From a virus: a stretch of DNA of 50,185 nt. Positions 14,642-22,979 of the stretch are shown here, one piece after another. Numbering within the stretch: the first letter of the stretch is position 1; every line of letters begins with the position of its first letter. The stretch lies in IMG/VR virus record IMGVR_UViG_3300045988_141000, one strand, 5' to 3'. A model generated the notes under the pieces. It was not told where the DNA came from, did no database searches, and saw nothing but the letters and a program-made list of their open reading frames with translations. A program made the position numbers and the translations under genes.

Positions 14642-15802
14642 TCATGTCGGCAGGATCGCGTCTGCCCACTGCTGCATGACCGGGCGGCGTTGCTCAAGGA
14701 GGTCTGAGCGTTGGTAGGCCTGCACGACCTTGTCGCCCTTTACGTGAGCCAGAGCGCGCTCGGCAAGGGCCTCATGGATGAAGTTTTCCTCGCACCAGTC
14801 GCGGAACGTTGATCTGAAGCCGTGCATTGTGAAAGACTCGCCTGTCGCCTTCCGGATAAAAGCCCGAGGGCTGTCGATAACCATCTCTTTGTCTGATCGT
14901 GGCGCAGGAAAGACGAGCTCAGACTTTCGTTCGCAGCGTTCTAGGACTGCCAGTGCCTGACGTGAGAGCGGGACGCGGTGCTCAAGACCGCACTTCATCC
15001 TAGGGGCCGGGATCGTCCACGTCGCGCGCTGGATGTCGATCTCGTCCCATCGTGCGCAAAGGAACTCTTGCACGCGTGTAGCAGTGAGGATGCCGAAAAG
15101 GACGGCGCGAGACACGACAGAAGTCTTTTTCGCCGTCTCCGGTGCAAAACTTTTCAGAATTTCAAGAGGCATTGCCTCATGGTGCTTGACTTCGTGGACT
15201 TTTGAGATCGGCGGCAGGAAGAAAGCTAGCCCGTCTTTCCAAGTAGCAGGGTTTGTTTGTATGAGTTCTTCAGCGATTGCTTGAGAGAAGAGACTTTCGA
15301 GGCGGCCTCGTAGGCGGCTGGCTGTCTCTGGCTTTTCTGTCCAGATCGGTTTGAGGACTTCGAGGATGTCTCCTCGCGTGATGTCCTTTACGCGAAGAGC
15401 ACCGAGAACCGGGACGGCATAGGTTTCGATTGTGGACACCCACTGCGATGCGTGCTTTTCGTTTTTCCAGCGCTTGACGTTTTGAATGGTCGCGATTGCA
15501 CCAGGATAGAACTCTTTGAAAGTGATGCTTTCTCGGGCGTCTGCTTCTGAAAGCTTTGATGATGACGGATCGATGCCGTCGGCCGCCATTGAGAGAATTT
15601 TTGCTGCCCGCGCTTTTGCAGACGTGATTGAAATGCGCGAGGCGCCACCGATCGACAAGTCTTTCCGTGTCCCCGCGAATCGGTAGCGGACAACCCACTG
15701 CCGGGAAGACTCAGAACGCACGAGAAGCATCAACCCACCGCCGAGCGAGTACCGGCCGGGTGGCAGCGTCATGAAATTTTTCGACGTGACTTGATCTTTC
15801 AT
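14642..15802 (-). CDS. int: P4-type tyrosine integrase (DUF4102-like N-terminus)
   Basis: ATG 15802; LPPGRYSLGGGLMLLVRSESSRQWVVRYRFAGTRKDLSIGG N-terminus typical of P4-like integrases; HGFRSTFRDW and LAHVKGDKVVQAYQRSD catalytic-type motifs. Confidence 0.9.
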   Translation of the reverse strand: MKDQVTSKNFMTLPPGRYSLGGGLMLLVRSESSRQWVVRYRFAGTRKDLSIGGASRISITSAKARAAKILSMAADGIDPSSSKLSEADARESITFKEFYPGAIATIQNVKRWKNEKHASQWVSTIETYAVPVLGALRVKDITRGDILEVLKPIWTEKPETASRLRGRLESLFSQAIAEELIQTNPATWKDGLAFFLPPISKVHEVKHHEAMPLEILKSFAPETAKKTSVVSRAVLFGILTATRVQEFLCARWDEIDIQRATWTIPAPRMKCGLEHRVPLSRQALAVLERCERKSELVFPAPRSDKEMVIDSPRAFIRKATGESFTMHGFRSTFRDWCEENFIHEALAERALAHVKGDKVVQAYQRSDLLEQRRPVMQQWADAILPT

Positions 15803-15829
15803 ATCTACCTTTGGGCGGTGAATCGCGTA

Positions 15830-15876
15830 AGACCCACCAGAGACCCACCGAAAAAAGACCCACCAAAAGACCCACC
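15830..15876 (+). repeat. four direct copies of AGACCCACC (candidate arm-type / regulatory sites)
   Basis: Copies at 15830, 15841, 15856, 15868 (spacing 11, 15, 12), starting 28 nt upstream of the integrase B start. Confidence 0.85.
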
Positions 15877-15977
15877 TCCACAGTCTATCGCATGGCGTGA
15901 TATGTCGCAATCTGGCGGATTTTGGCGGAATCGACGAAAGTAGAATTCTGGAATGTGCCTGGTACTCAAGGTGAATA

Positions 15978-16010
15978 AAGAAAAACCCCGGAGCCTGAGA
16001 GGCTTCGGGG
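15978..16010 (-). terminator. rho-independent terminator (minus strand)
   Basis: CCCCGAAGCC-TCTCA-GGCTCCGGGG (10 bp incl. one wobble) followed on the minus strand by TTTTTCTTTATT. Confidence 0.75.
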
Positions 16011-16019
16011 TCTGAATTC

Positions 16020-16039
16020 TGGCGGAAGGGGAGGAATTC
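16020..16039 (-). other. tRNA 3-prime-end-like segment, candidate attP core for integrase B
   Basis: Minus strand reads GAAT-TCCTC-CCCTTCC-G-CCA = end of T-loop, T-stem 3-prime strand (5), acceptor strand (7), discriminator, CCA; followed 9 nt later by the terminator; no complete tRNA present. Confidence 0.4.
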
Positions 16040-16083
16040 ATGAATTAAGGCGTAGCAACGGTTGTAGAGGCTTTAATGTCAAA

Positions 16084-16104
16084 AGACCCACCAAAAGACC
16101 CACC
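16084..16104 (+). repeat. two further copies of AAAAGACCCACC
   Basis: Copies of AGACCCACC at 16084 and 16096 (12-bp period), same orientation as the 15830-15876 cluster, on the other side of the tRNA-like core. Confidence 0.85.
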
Positions 16105-16120
16105 GACGAAAAAAAGAAGA

Positions 16121-16432
16121 CTAACGGTTTTTTTTGCTTGTGGCGTTGCGAGATTCTCTGGCTACGCGACTCAGGAACTCGCGTAGAGCTGCGATGGGGT
16201 ACGCAGTAATGCCTGGATAGGCTACAGGGTCCGGGAAGCCGCTTTCCAATGCCCAACGTCGAAGTGTCGGCTCTGATGTATCAAAGGCGGCGATGACTTC
16301 ATCTCGCGTTAGAAATGCATAGTCAGGAACTGCCGGATCAAAGAGCATCTCGCGAAAACGCATGCCGTCGCGAATCTTGTTGGACGCCGTCATCATTTTT
16401 TCATCATCCTGCTGTTTGTTCAAGTCTTTCAT
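16121..16432 (-). CDS. alpA: AlpA-family HTH regulator / excisionase
   Basis: LTRDEVIAAFDTSEPTLRRWALESGFPDPV...AALREFL matches the AlpA/Xis pattern; true start may be the MM at 16396 (the first 29 nt overlap the upstream gene). Confidence 0.7.
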   Translation of the reverse strand: MKDLNKQQDDEKMMTASNKIRDGMRFREMLFDPAVPDYAFLTRDEVIAAFDTSEPTLRRWALESGFPDPVAYPGITAYPIAALREFLSRVARESRNATSKKNR

Positions 16433-17153
16433 TCCTGGTGACCTTTCCTTCTTTCAGGAGTGCCTGATAAAGCCTGTACAGCCCTTTCGGAGTAACGTGC
16501 GCCGTGATCGACACGCTCAGTCCTTTTTCCGGGTGCGTGAAGTTCGACACGCGAGGGCGCAGGACGCCTTGCTTCACGCGGTCCGCGTAAGGTTCATTTT
16601 TCATTGTGATCCACGAGTGTGCGCGTAGCCAGTCAAAGAGAAGCGTCGCTGGATAGCCGAGCGTCTTGGCGGCTTCTCTGATGAGCATGTCACCGTAGGA
16701 CGCTTCGACTGTCTCAGCAAAGGCTACCTTCGGAGCGTCCTCCGCGACCTTGTGTTCAAGCGCAGCTTGCTTCTCTAATGAAGAGGCGAGCTGTCGCAGC
16801 GCCGTTGGATAGTCCGGCAGCGCCGGAGCGGTAGCCTTGGCCTTTGCGATTTTTTCGCACTCGATGAAGTAGAGGCGGGCTTGCTTGCCTTTCGCGTTTC
16901 GTTCGACCATCGCCAGCTCTTTTGCCATGCCGAGGGAAACGGAAAATTCCTTGCTCGGACGACCGCCAGAACTTTCGCTCAAAAATGAGCAAAAGTCCGT
17001 GTTCTCGACAAAGCCGAAGTCTTTGATGCGACGAGCTATCCAGTCCTTGAACTCGGTCTTGACGCCGAGGAACGCATGAAGGTCACGCGCGTTGACGGTC
17101 TGAATTTCTTCGCCGCCAATGGTTGCCGCACTCAGTGCGATGATTTCGGTCAT
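16404..17153 (-). CDS. ant: antirepressor (AntA N-terminal + KilA-C/ANT C-terminal domains)
   Basis: VNARDLHAFLGVKTEFKDWIARRI...LGMAKELAMVERNAKGKQARLYFIECEK and C-terminal LIREAAKTLG...LFDWLRAHSWI. Confidence 0.8.
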   Translation of the reverse strand: MTEIIALSAATIGGEEIQTVNARDLHAFLGVKTEFKDWIARRIKDFGFVENTDFCSFLSESSGGRPSKEFSVSLGMAKELAMVERNAKGKQARLYFIECEKIAKAKATAPALPDYPTALRQLASSLEKQAALEHKVAEDAPKVAFAETVEASYGDMLIREAAKTLGYPATLLFDWLRAHSWITMKNEPYADRVKQGVLRPRVSNFTHPEKGLSVSITAHVTPKGLYRLYQALLKEGKVTRNERLEQTAG

Positions 17154-17162
17154 TGGTTCTCC

Positions 17163-17585
17163 TTAAAACGGTACTTCGCCGTCGTCATAGGTCTGGGCTT
17201 GTTCTTGTACGCGTGAACGCCTTGCCGGTTCTTCATGTTGTTGTGCTCGATCCTTCGCGCTCTGGACGAATTGGAAGTGTTCGCAGATGACTTCCGTCAC
17301 CCATCGGTCGGCGCCGTTTTTGTCTTTGTACTTTCTCGTTTGAAGACGACCACGGACCCAGATCGGCGAACCCTTGTGGAGATACTCGGCAATTGTCTCG
17401 GCAGTCTTGCCAAAGGCGACGACGGTGTTCCAGTCTGTGACGTTTTCGTATTGACCGTCCGCGTTTTTCACTCTACGGTTTGTGGCGACGGCCAGGGAAA
17501 CGAACGCAAGGTTGTTCGTTCCGTAGCGGAGATCAGGGTCGCGGCCAAGACAGCCGCAAATGGTCACTTCGTTGATGTTCAGCAT
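17163..17585 (-). CDS. ssb: single-stranded DNA-binding protein
   Basis: OB-fold SSB pattern (NEVTICGCLGRDPDLRY...TDWNTVVAFGKTAE...VRGRLQTRKY) and acidic tail DDGEVPF. Confidence 0.9.
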   Translation of the reverse strand: MLNINEVTICGCLGRDPDLRYGTNNLAFVSLAVATNRRVKNADGQYENVTDWNTVVAFGKTAETIAEYLHKGSPIWVRGRLQTRKYKDKNGADRWVTEVICEHFQFVQSAKDRAQQHEEPARRSRVQEQAQTYDDGEVPF

Positions 17586-17896
17586 TGTTGTTCCTTTGAA
17601 ATTCGGTTGATTTGTCGTTCAATCTTTTCGTGCATTGCTAGGTCGACCTTGGCGCTGAAACCGGGGATCAACAGGCGCAGTTGACCGATCATCACGAGGC
17701 AGTCGGCACACTCTTCCGCAAGGTTGTTTTCAAGCGCCGTGATGCACCGATACTTGCCGCCGGATGCTTCGGCCTGTCGGGCGAGCGCAAGACGTGAAGC
17801 CGCAGTTGCAGCCTCTCCGAACTCTTCGGCAGCCTTGAGCGTCTGATGGTCTCGCCCGTAGTGTCTGGCAATGTCTTTCAGTTCTTCGTCGATCAT
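17579..17896 (-). CDS. MazG-like nucleotide pyrophosphohydrolase (small)
   Basis: KAAEEFGEAATA...LAEECADCLVMIGQL resembles the MazG EExxE/helical-bundle signature. Confidence 0.55.
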   Translation of the reverse strand: MIDEELKDIARHYGRDHQTLKAAEEFGEAATAASRLALARQAEASGGKYRCITALENNLAEECADCLVMIGQLRLLIPGFSAKVDLAMHEKIERQINRISKEQQC

Positions 17897-18111
17897 TCTT
17901 CGTAGTCCTCACACCAAGGCCGGAAAGAAAGCTGATACCTGCTGACGTCCAGCTGTCGATTGTGCTCGTCGAACCAGTCCCGTCCGTTGAAGTACGCGTA
18001 CATGCAGAATCCTTTGTGGCCGTCACGAGGGACGAGGCTGATCTGGTAGTGCCCGGGTTCCGGACGCTCTTTCTTGAAGGGGCGCCAGCGTTCGTTGTCT
18101 TGTTGGTTCAT
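17893..18111 (-). CDS. small early protein, DUF551-like, PW-acidic-tail family member 1
   Basis: 72 aa ending FRPWCEDYEE; 4-bp overlaps with neighbours. Confidence 0.55.
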   Translation of the reverse strand: MNQQDNERWRPFKKERPEPGHYQISLVPRDGHKGFCMYAYFNGRDWFDEHNRQLDVSRYQLSFRPWCEDYEE

Positions 18112-18344
18112 TCCTGCTCCTTGATCTCTTCAATGTCCTGCCACTCGATACGGACGTGCGCGAGGCAGGCGCCTATCCATATGCCGACCGTGATGCCATC
18201 GGCAAACTCCTGATCCGTCACGCGTCCGGCTTTGTGAGCCTCCGCGAAGTTGGCTGCGTACATGTTCAGACGCTCGTGGAATTTGCCACCGGACAGCGTT
18301 TCTAGTTTTCTTCGCGCTTTTTCGTCGCGCAGTCGGTATTTCAT
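18108..18344 (-). CDS. small early protein
   Basis: ATG 18344 (ATGA overlap with the upstream stop) gives MKYRLRDEKARRKLETLSGG..., N-terminus paralogous to ORF 19080..19475; longer track ORF rejected. Confidence 0.55.
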   Translation of the reverse strand: MKYRLRDEKARRKLETLSGGKFHERLNMYAANFAEAHKAGRVTDQEFADGITVGIWIGACLAHVRIEWQDIEEIKEQE

Positions 18345-18820
18345 TCGATCAGTCCTTCCTCTTTCATGATGCGAACAGGCTTCAGATGGTGCTTCATGAC
18401 ATAGTGAAGCGCCTGGTCCATCTCTTTGTAGGAGAAGCCCTTGAATAGCTCGATAAGGTTCGGCAACAGGGCTTCGGCTTGCAGCAGGTTTTCTTTCGCG
18501 ATCACGTGGTGTTCTTGCCAGATGCGCCAGGCGGCGTCGACCTGACGCCACGCCGGCTCAATCTCACGCCTGAACTCTTCGCCTTCTTCGAGGTCGTAAG
18601 AGAGGCGATCCGCGAGAAGCAGAAGCCCAACGAGGTAAGCCCACGATTCGTGCGAAGGCTCCGTTCTGAAGGACTGCAAGTGAATGCGGTAGTCAAGCTC
18701 GATACTGGCGGCGGCGCGATCGCTGAGCCCCTTATTCGCCGAGATGTCGAGCATGTCGAGGTAACCGATGCGGTGCTTCTTCGGGTCGTACTTCTTCGTG
18801 CGCTTTTTCTTAGGCTTCAT
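18341..18820 (-). CDS. early protein, unknown function
   Basis: ATG 18820 (ATGA overlap) gives MKPKKKRTKKYDPKKHRIGY...; 159 aa; longer track ORF overlaps the upstream gene. Confidence 0.55.
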   Translation of the reverse strand: MKPKKKRTKKYDPKKHRIGYLDMLDISANKGLSDRAAASIELDYRIHLQSFRTEPSHESWAYLVGLLLLADRLSYDLEEGEEFRREIEPAWRQVDAAWRIWQEHHVIAKENLLQAEALLPNLIELFKGFSYKEMDQALHYVMKHHLKPVRIMKEEGLIE

Positions 18821-19083
18821 TCCTCGTCCTCCCACGGAGCATATCGGGCGGTCACATCCTCGCGTCCGAAGGCGTCCAATCGGCCGTTCCAAAAGATAGG
18901 AAGCCGGTGGAACGAACCAAACGGGATGAAGTCGTGCCCGTCGAAAACCGCAAACCCCTGAAAAAGCGTCTTGCCGTAGTACGGTTCCGGCGTGCCAGTG
19001 TTTTGATCCTTTTCTTTGACTTCGAGCCTGAGCGGCAAGCCGCGCGGCGGCGTCGTGTCCGGGAAGTATTTCCATTGCGTCAT
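18817..19083 (-). CDS. small early protein, PW-acidic-tail family member 2
   Basis: 88 aa ending ARYAPWEDEE. Confidence 0.55.
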   Translation of the reverse strand: MTQWKYFPDTTPPRGLPLRLEVKEKDQNTGTPEPYYGKTLFQGFAVFDGHDFIPFGSFHRLPIFWNGRLDAFGREDVTARYAPWEDEE

Positions 19084-19475
19084 GCTTCGTCATCCTCATC
19101 CCACGGGCGGAAGCGTTTTACAGGAAACGCAAACTCATAGTTTTCAAACGACTCTCTACTTGGGTATCGCCATTTTCCGTTTTCAAAAACAAGACATGTT
19201 TTCATTTGGTTGCATTCAACCCGCATCAAGACTCCCTCCGGCGGCTCGACTTCGGGGAAGGAGTTCCAGCCGTTCGGGTTGTATTCCCTTAACGATTCGA
19301 GCATGTCAGACGTTACCTCTAACATGAGGTGCGGATTCTTGCTGAAGTGCAGAAAGTCAGGTTCTGAGGATTGTGTTGTGTAGTACGGAAGTCTTCCCAA
19401 CATCCGGGATAACCCCCCGTTACTGATCTCGTCGAGCTTCTTCTGCAACTCGCGGTCTTTGAGTCTGAATCTCAT
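19080..19475 (-). CDS. early protein, PW-acidic-tail family member 3
   Basis: 131 aa, starts MRFRLKDRELQKKLDEISNGG, ends FRPWDEDDEA. Confidence 0.55.
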   Translation of the reverse strand: MRFRLKDRELQKKLDEISNGGLSRMLGRLPYYTTQSSEPDFLHFSKNPHLMLEVTSDMLESLREYNPNGWNSFPEVEPPEGVLMRVECNQMKTCLVFENGKWRYPSRESFENYEFAFPVKRFRPWDEDDEA

Positions 19476-19493
19476 TTGTTTCTCCGTACGAAA

Positions 19494-19514
19494 AGCCCCG
19501 CACGAAGCGGGGCT
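19494..19514 (-). terminator. hairpin terminator (minus strand)
   Basis: AGCCCCGC-N5-GCGGGGCT perfect 8-bp stem, T4 on the minus strand. Confidence 0.55.
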
Positions 19515-19522
19515 TGAATGGG

Positions 19523-19960
19523 TTACTGGTGCTTGAAGCTGAAGCGAATGTCGCCGTTGTCTTCAACGGTCATGGAGGTGCCGGCGATCTTTTTCAATGC
19601 TGCTAGATCAAACGCAGGCGTCTGTTCGGTGGGCACCGTTTCAGCGACGGGTTGGTCGACGGTTTCCTCGCTTTCTTCAGCGGTTTCTTCAGTGTCGTCA
19701 TAAGCAAACATCAGAGCACTGATTTCGTTGCTTTCGATTTTGGCTCGCTCGATTGTGAGTGCGTAGTTGCAGACGGAGTGGGCGATATTCTGGAGGACTT
19801 CCTTGTGTTCGCTTTTGTGGCTTTCGAAGGCGATCAAGAGGGCAGATTCGACGAGGAGAGAAGTGTCGATGTCATCGATCTGGTTGTCATACTGATTGTT
19901 GATGTCGAACAGAGCGGACTGGATGATTTCAGAGGATTTGGCTTTGAGCATGATTTTCAC
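19523..19960 (-). CDS. acidic protein, unknown function
   Basis: 145 aa; acidic linker DDTEETAEESEETVDQPVAETVPTEQ; follows recT. Confidence 0.55.
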   Translation of the reverse strand: MKIMLKAKSSEIIQSALFDINNQYDNQIDDIDTSLLVESALLIAFESHKSEHKEVLQNIAHSVCNYALTIERAKIESNEISALMFAYDDTEETAEESEETVDQPVAETVPTEQTPAFDLAALKKIAGTSMTVEDNGDIRFSFKHQ

Positions 19961-19977
19961 CTTGTTGAGAAGGTGGG

Positions 19978-20826
19978 TTAATTGTTTTCGTTGACTGCGT
20001 CGTCGATGTACTCGGCGTCGTTCACGTCGCCTTTCTCGATGAACTCAGCGTCCAAGAAGTCCTGATCGGTCGTAGCTTCACCACGGTCGGTCTTCTCGTC
20101 GATCTCGACTGCGCGGACGGCCTCGATGCTCACCGGCAGGTACTTGAAAAGGCGGCGAATTACGCTCTTTTTCGCCATCTCTTCCCAGTGACTTGCCCAC
20201 GGGCCAGTGTTGCCGGCCTTCGAAGTCGAGCGCACCTTTTCGATTTCGGCGCGGCTCATCACTTCAAACTGGATGCCGCCTCCCTTGAGCTTGGCGACTG
20301 CGTAGACATGAGTGACAGGACCTCGGTCTGCGGTCGATGCTGGCACATGCTGAATGTCGGGATCGAGGCCGAGCTGGTAGTTGAAAGTGTCCTGTGCGTG
20401 CACCGTCCAAGCCTGCAAGCTGATGATCTGCCCGGAGCGGCGGGCGAGGTCGATCATGCCGCGATAGCCGATGATGAGCTGTGCGTTCGGGCGGCCGCTG
20501 CGGTCTTTGCCGTTGCCGAAGGGAAGCAGGTAGCAGTGTCCAAGTGCCGATCCCGGCTCAAGGCCGAGCGCAGCGCACTGGAGGACTGCGCCGTAAAAGC
20601 TCTCAGGGGCGCACTTCAGAAGAGCCGGTGCCTTGCGGCACTCAGTCATGACGATGCGCGTCAGGCGATCAGCAGTCATGCTCTTCGGAAGTGCCAGGGC
20701 CATCTGAGCCTGAAACTTTTTCGAGCGCACGACGTCGATGACGGTTGCGGCTTTGACCTGTTGCACGACGGCGGTCTGTGCGGCGGCAGGTGCGACCTGC
20801 GACTTGAGAACATCAGTTGTTGACAT
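19978..20826 (-). CDS. recT: RecT-family single-strand annealing protein
   Basis: SFYGAVLQCAALGLEPGSALGHCYLLPFGN...LIIGYRGMIDLARRSGQI typical RecT core. Confidence 0.85.
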   Translation of the reverse strand: MSTTDVLKSQVAPAAAQTAVVQQVKAATVIDVVRSKKFQAQMALALPKSMTADRLTRIVMTECRKAPALLKCAPESFYGAVLQCAALGLEPGSALGHCYLLPFGNGKDRSGRPNAQLIIGYRGMIDLARRSGQIISLQAWTVHAQDTFNYQLGLDPDIQHVPASTADRGPVTHVYAVAKLKGGGIQFEVMSRAEIEKVRSTSKAGNTGPWASHWEEMAKKSVIRRLFKYLPVSIEAVRAVEIDEKTDRGEATTDQDFLDAEFIEKGDVNDAEYIDDAVNENN

Positions 20827-20840
20827 GAGTTTCCTTTTTG

Positions 20841-21863
20841 TTAAGCGAGTCGAAGGATTCGGGTGGGGGTGACTTGTACGAAAGTTGCGTACAGGTCAGG
20901 GTGTTCTTTCTTGAAGGCGGTAGAGGAGAAGCGAGTGCTGTTCTGCGCCTTGTAGGTGACGGCCTTTTGACCGCCGATCGTGAGCCCGGTCTTTTCACCA
21001 ATGGCGAGGATCACGCGAGAGGCGACGGCCTTCTCTTGCTCCTGAAGCTCTTTGATCTGTTCTTTGATCGTTCGGAGCTCGCCTATGTCGGCAGCTTCGT
21101 CGTTACTGGCTTCTTTCAGCTCGCCGTTGTCTCGGGAATAGAGCTTCTTGATGTCGTCGACGTTGATGGGGTCAGGGGCGACGTCAGCAAGGACCTTCTC
21201 GAACCAGAAGGCGCGGCACTTTTCGACGATGGCTTTGATCACGTCCTCATCGCGCTGCACTTCGTACATTCGGAAGTCCTGACCGCCGATGAGAACAGCG
21301 ACATAGAACTTCTTGATGCCCGTCACCGCCATGTACCACTGAATCTGCGTTTCGTAGTAGAGCGGAATCTGGTGCTCGGTGACGACCTTGCCGGACACGA
21401 TCTCATCTTCCTGCGAAGGTCCCCACTTGTCAGCCATGAAGGCGTTGGCGGTCTTGCACTCGAGGCCGACGTCCGTCGAAAGCATGAGGCCGGTTTCGGC
21501 TGCCTTCGCGGGCTTGTTGACGCGGACCGTTTTGGCAATCTGTTCGTTGACGATCGCTCGGTCGATGTTGCCGCGCATCCACCCGTCTTCGCCGGTCGAA
21601 AGAAGGAAGTTCACGCGCTGAATCTTCATGCCGGTGCGCTTGCTGAACTCTTTCGCGACAACGTCCTCTAGAGTCGTTCCCCAGTAGGCCGCTTCGCCTG
21701 CCGGGGAGCCTTTGGTCTTGCCGGTCTTTTCTTCCCACAAGCTCAGCGGCGTCTTGTAAGGGTTGAGGCCGAGGACGGTTGCAACGTCTGAACCGCCGAT
21801 GCCCTTGCTGCGCTCTTGCAGCCAGTCATCGCGTGCCATCTCCGCAGTCTTGATTGCTGTCAT
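20841..21863 (-). CDS. YqaJ-type viral recombinase exonuclease
   Basis: WLQERSKGIGGSDVATVLGLNPYKTPLSLWEEKTG N-terminal YqaJ signature; adjacent to recT. Confidence 0.8.
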   Translation of the reverse strand: MTAIKTAEMARDDWLQERSKGIGGSDVATVLGLNPYKTPLSLWEEKTGKTKGSPAGEAAYWGTTLEDVVAKEFSKRTGMKIQRVNFLLSTGEDGWMRGNIDRAIVNEQIAKTVRVNKPAKAAETGLMLSTDVGLECKTANAFMADKWGPSQEDEIVSGKVVTEHQIPLYYETQIQWYMAVTGIKKFYVAVLIGGQDFRMYEVQRDEDVIKAIVEKCRAFWFEKVLADVAPDPINVDDIKKLYSRDNGELKEASNDEAADIGELRTIKEQIKELQEQEKAVASRVILAIGEKTGLTIGGQKAVTYKAQNSTRFSSTAFKKEHPDLYATFVQVTPTRILRLA

Positions 21864-22087
21864 CTAAAAACTCCTTGAATGAGTGCTCCGGCACTAACCG
21901 CAAGCGCTCCTACGAGAACAACGACCTTCCAGATCAACGATGGTTGTTCACATGAAAAAGGCTCGACGTTCTGCCGAGCCTGCTTTGCTTTCTTCCGCTG
22001 TTCGAGCGGTCGCTTTGGTGTCTTGCGTTTCATGTCGAAGTCGGGTGGTATGTGTTCGATTGTCTTTCCGGGGTCGGAGTAGCTCAT
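21860..22087 (-). CDS. small membrane protein
   Basis: 75 aa, basic middle, C-terminal TM helix LIWKVVVLVGALAVSAGALIQGV; 4-bp overlaps on both sides. Confidence 0.5.
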   Translation of the reverse strand: MSYSDPGKTIEHIPPDFDMKRKTPKRPLEQRKKAKQARQNVEPFSCEQPSLIWKVVVLVGALAVSAGALIQGVFR

Positions 22088-22305
22088 TTGGTTGCCTTGA
22101 AGATGCCTTTTTGGAAGGCTTCGTAGACCGCCTCGGCAGCCGTTCTCGCGCCGAGTGTTCGCAACGCTTCTTCGTGGTGGGACTTGACGGTGGTTGTCGC
22201 AATGCCCATGACTTCGGCGATTTCTCGACGCCTTAGCCCTTTTGCGACGAGCGTGAGGTACTCGACTTCACGGGGTCTCAGGGTTTTTCGAAATTCCGCT
22301 TTCAT
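22084..22305 (-). CDS. LuxR/GerE-type HTH regulator (stand-alone DNA-binding domain)
   Basis: LRPREVEYLTLVAKGLRRREIAEVMGIATTTVKSHHEEALRTLGA. Confidence 0.75.
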   Translation of the reverse strand: MKAEFRKTLRPREVEYLTLVAKGLRRREIAEVMGIATTTVKSHHEEALRTLGARTAAEAVYEAFQKGIFKATK

Positions 22306-22316
22306 TGGCGTTTTCC

Positions 22317-22508
22317 TCAGTCAAAAAACCAGTGGTAGAGGGTTGCGGCCGCCATGGCCGGCAAGATCACCAGGCCGAAAAAACCGAGTAGGCCTTCGAG
22401 GCCCTCGATGAGGGAGCCAACGAAGCCGGGGCGATGAGGCTCAGTGCCGTCGGTGCCGAGATACGTGCGACGTGCGAGACCGTCAAGGTAGGAGATAAAG
22501 CGCTTCAT
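22317..22508 (-). CDS. small membrane protein
   Basis: ATG 22508 with GGAGG RBS gives a 63-aa protein with C-terminal TM LLGFFGLVILPAMAAATLY; longer track ORF rejected. Confidence 0.5.
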   Translation of the reverse strand: MKRFISYLDGLARRTYLGTDGTEPHRPGFVGSLIEGLEGLLGFFGLVILPAMAAATLYHWFFD

Positions 22509-22751
22509 GACGCCTCCAAAAAAAGAAAAGACATTCAGACGCCCTCGCTCGGAAGAACTGCCGGCTCGTGATGGCACGGGCAAGGGCGCGTGAATGTCTT
22601 TTGGGTTTGTGGTGGGTGAGGGAGCCGGGGTGAACGCAAAAGCCTCTCGTCTGCAGATGCCCCGGCTTTGGGATTCGTCGGAGTGTCGCGGCACAGTGCG
22701 ACAGGAACGAACCGGCTCATATCTGCGTCAAGCCGTTTGCCCTCGAAGTCG

Positions 22752-22979
22752 TTACGGAAGTTCGTCCATGACGCACTGGACGTTGCAGGCGACCTGCTCG
22801 TACTTCTCCGCTGCTGGGCAGTGGATGACGGTCGGCTCGGTCTTCATGTAGAAGTGGAGGTCTGCAGCGTTCTTGATGCTCACGAGAGCGAACTCATGCA
22901 CGTCGTTTTCATTGCAGGTCTCGCGGCCTTGTGCGCGGAGGTGGTGCGCCAGTCGGGCGTCGAAGTCGCTGCGCTTCAT
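22752..22979 (-). CDS. hypothetical early protein
   Basis: 75-aa ORF, start overlaps the upstream stop (ATGA). Confidence 0.45.
   Translation of the reverse strand: MKRSDFDARLAHHLRAQGRETCNENDVHEFALVSIKNAADLHFYMKTEPTVIHCPAAEKYEQVACNVQCVMDELP

Noticed and set aside
15805-16041. 78-aa minus-strand ORF with GGSFGGSFFGGS repeats.
   Set aside because: It is an artefact of translating the AGACCCACC repeat array and the terminator. It has no RBS and lies in a regulatory intergenic region.
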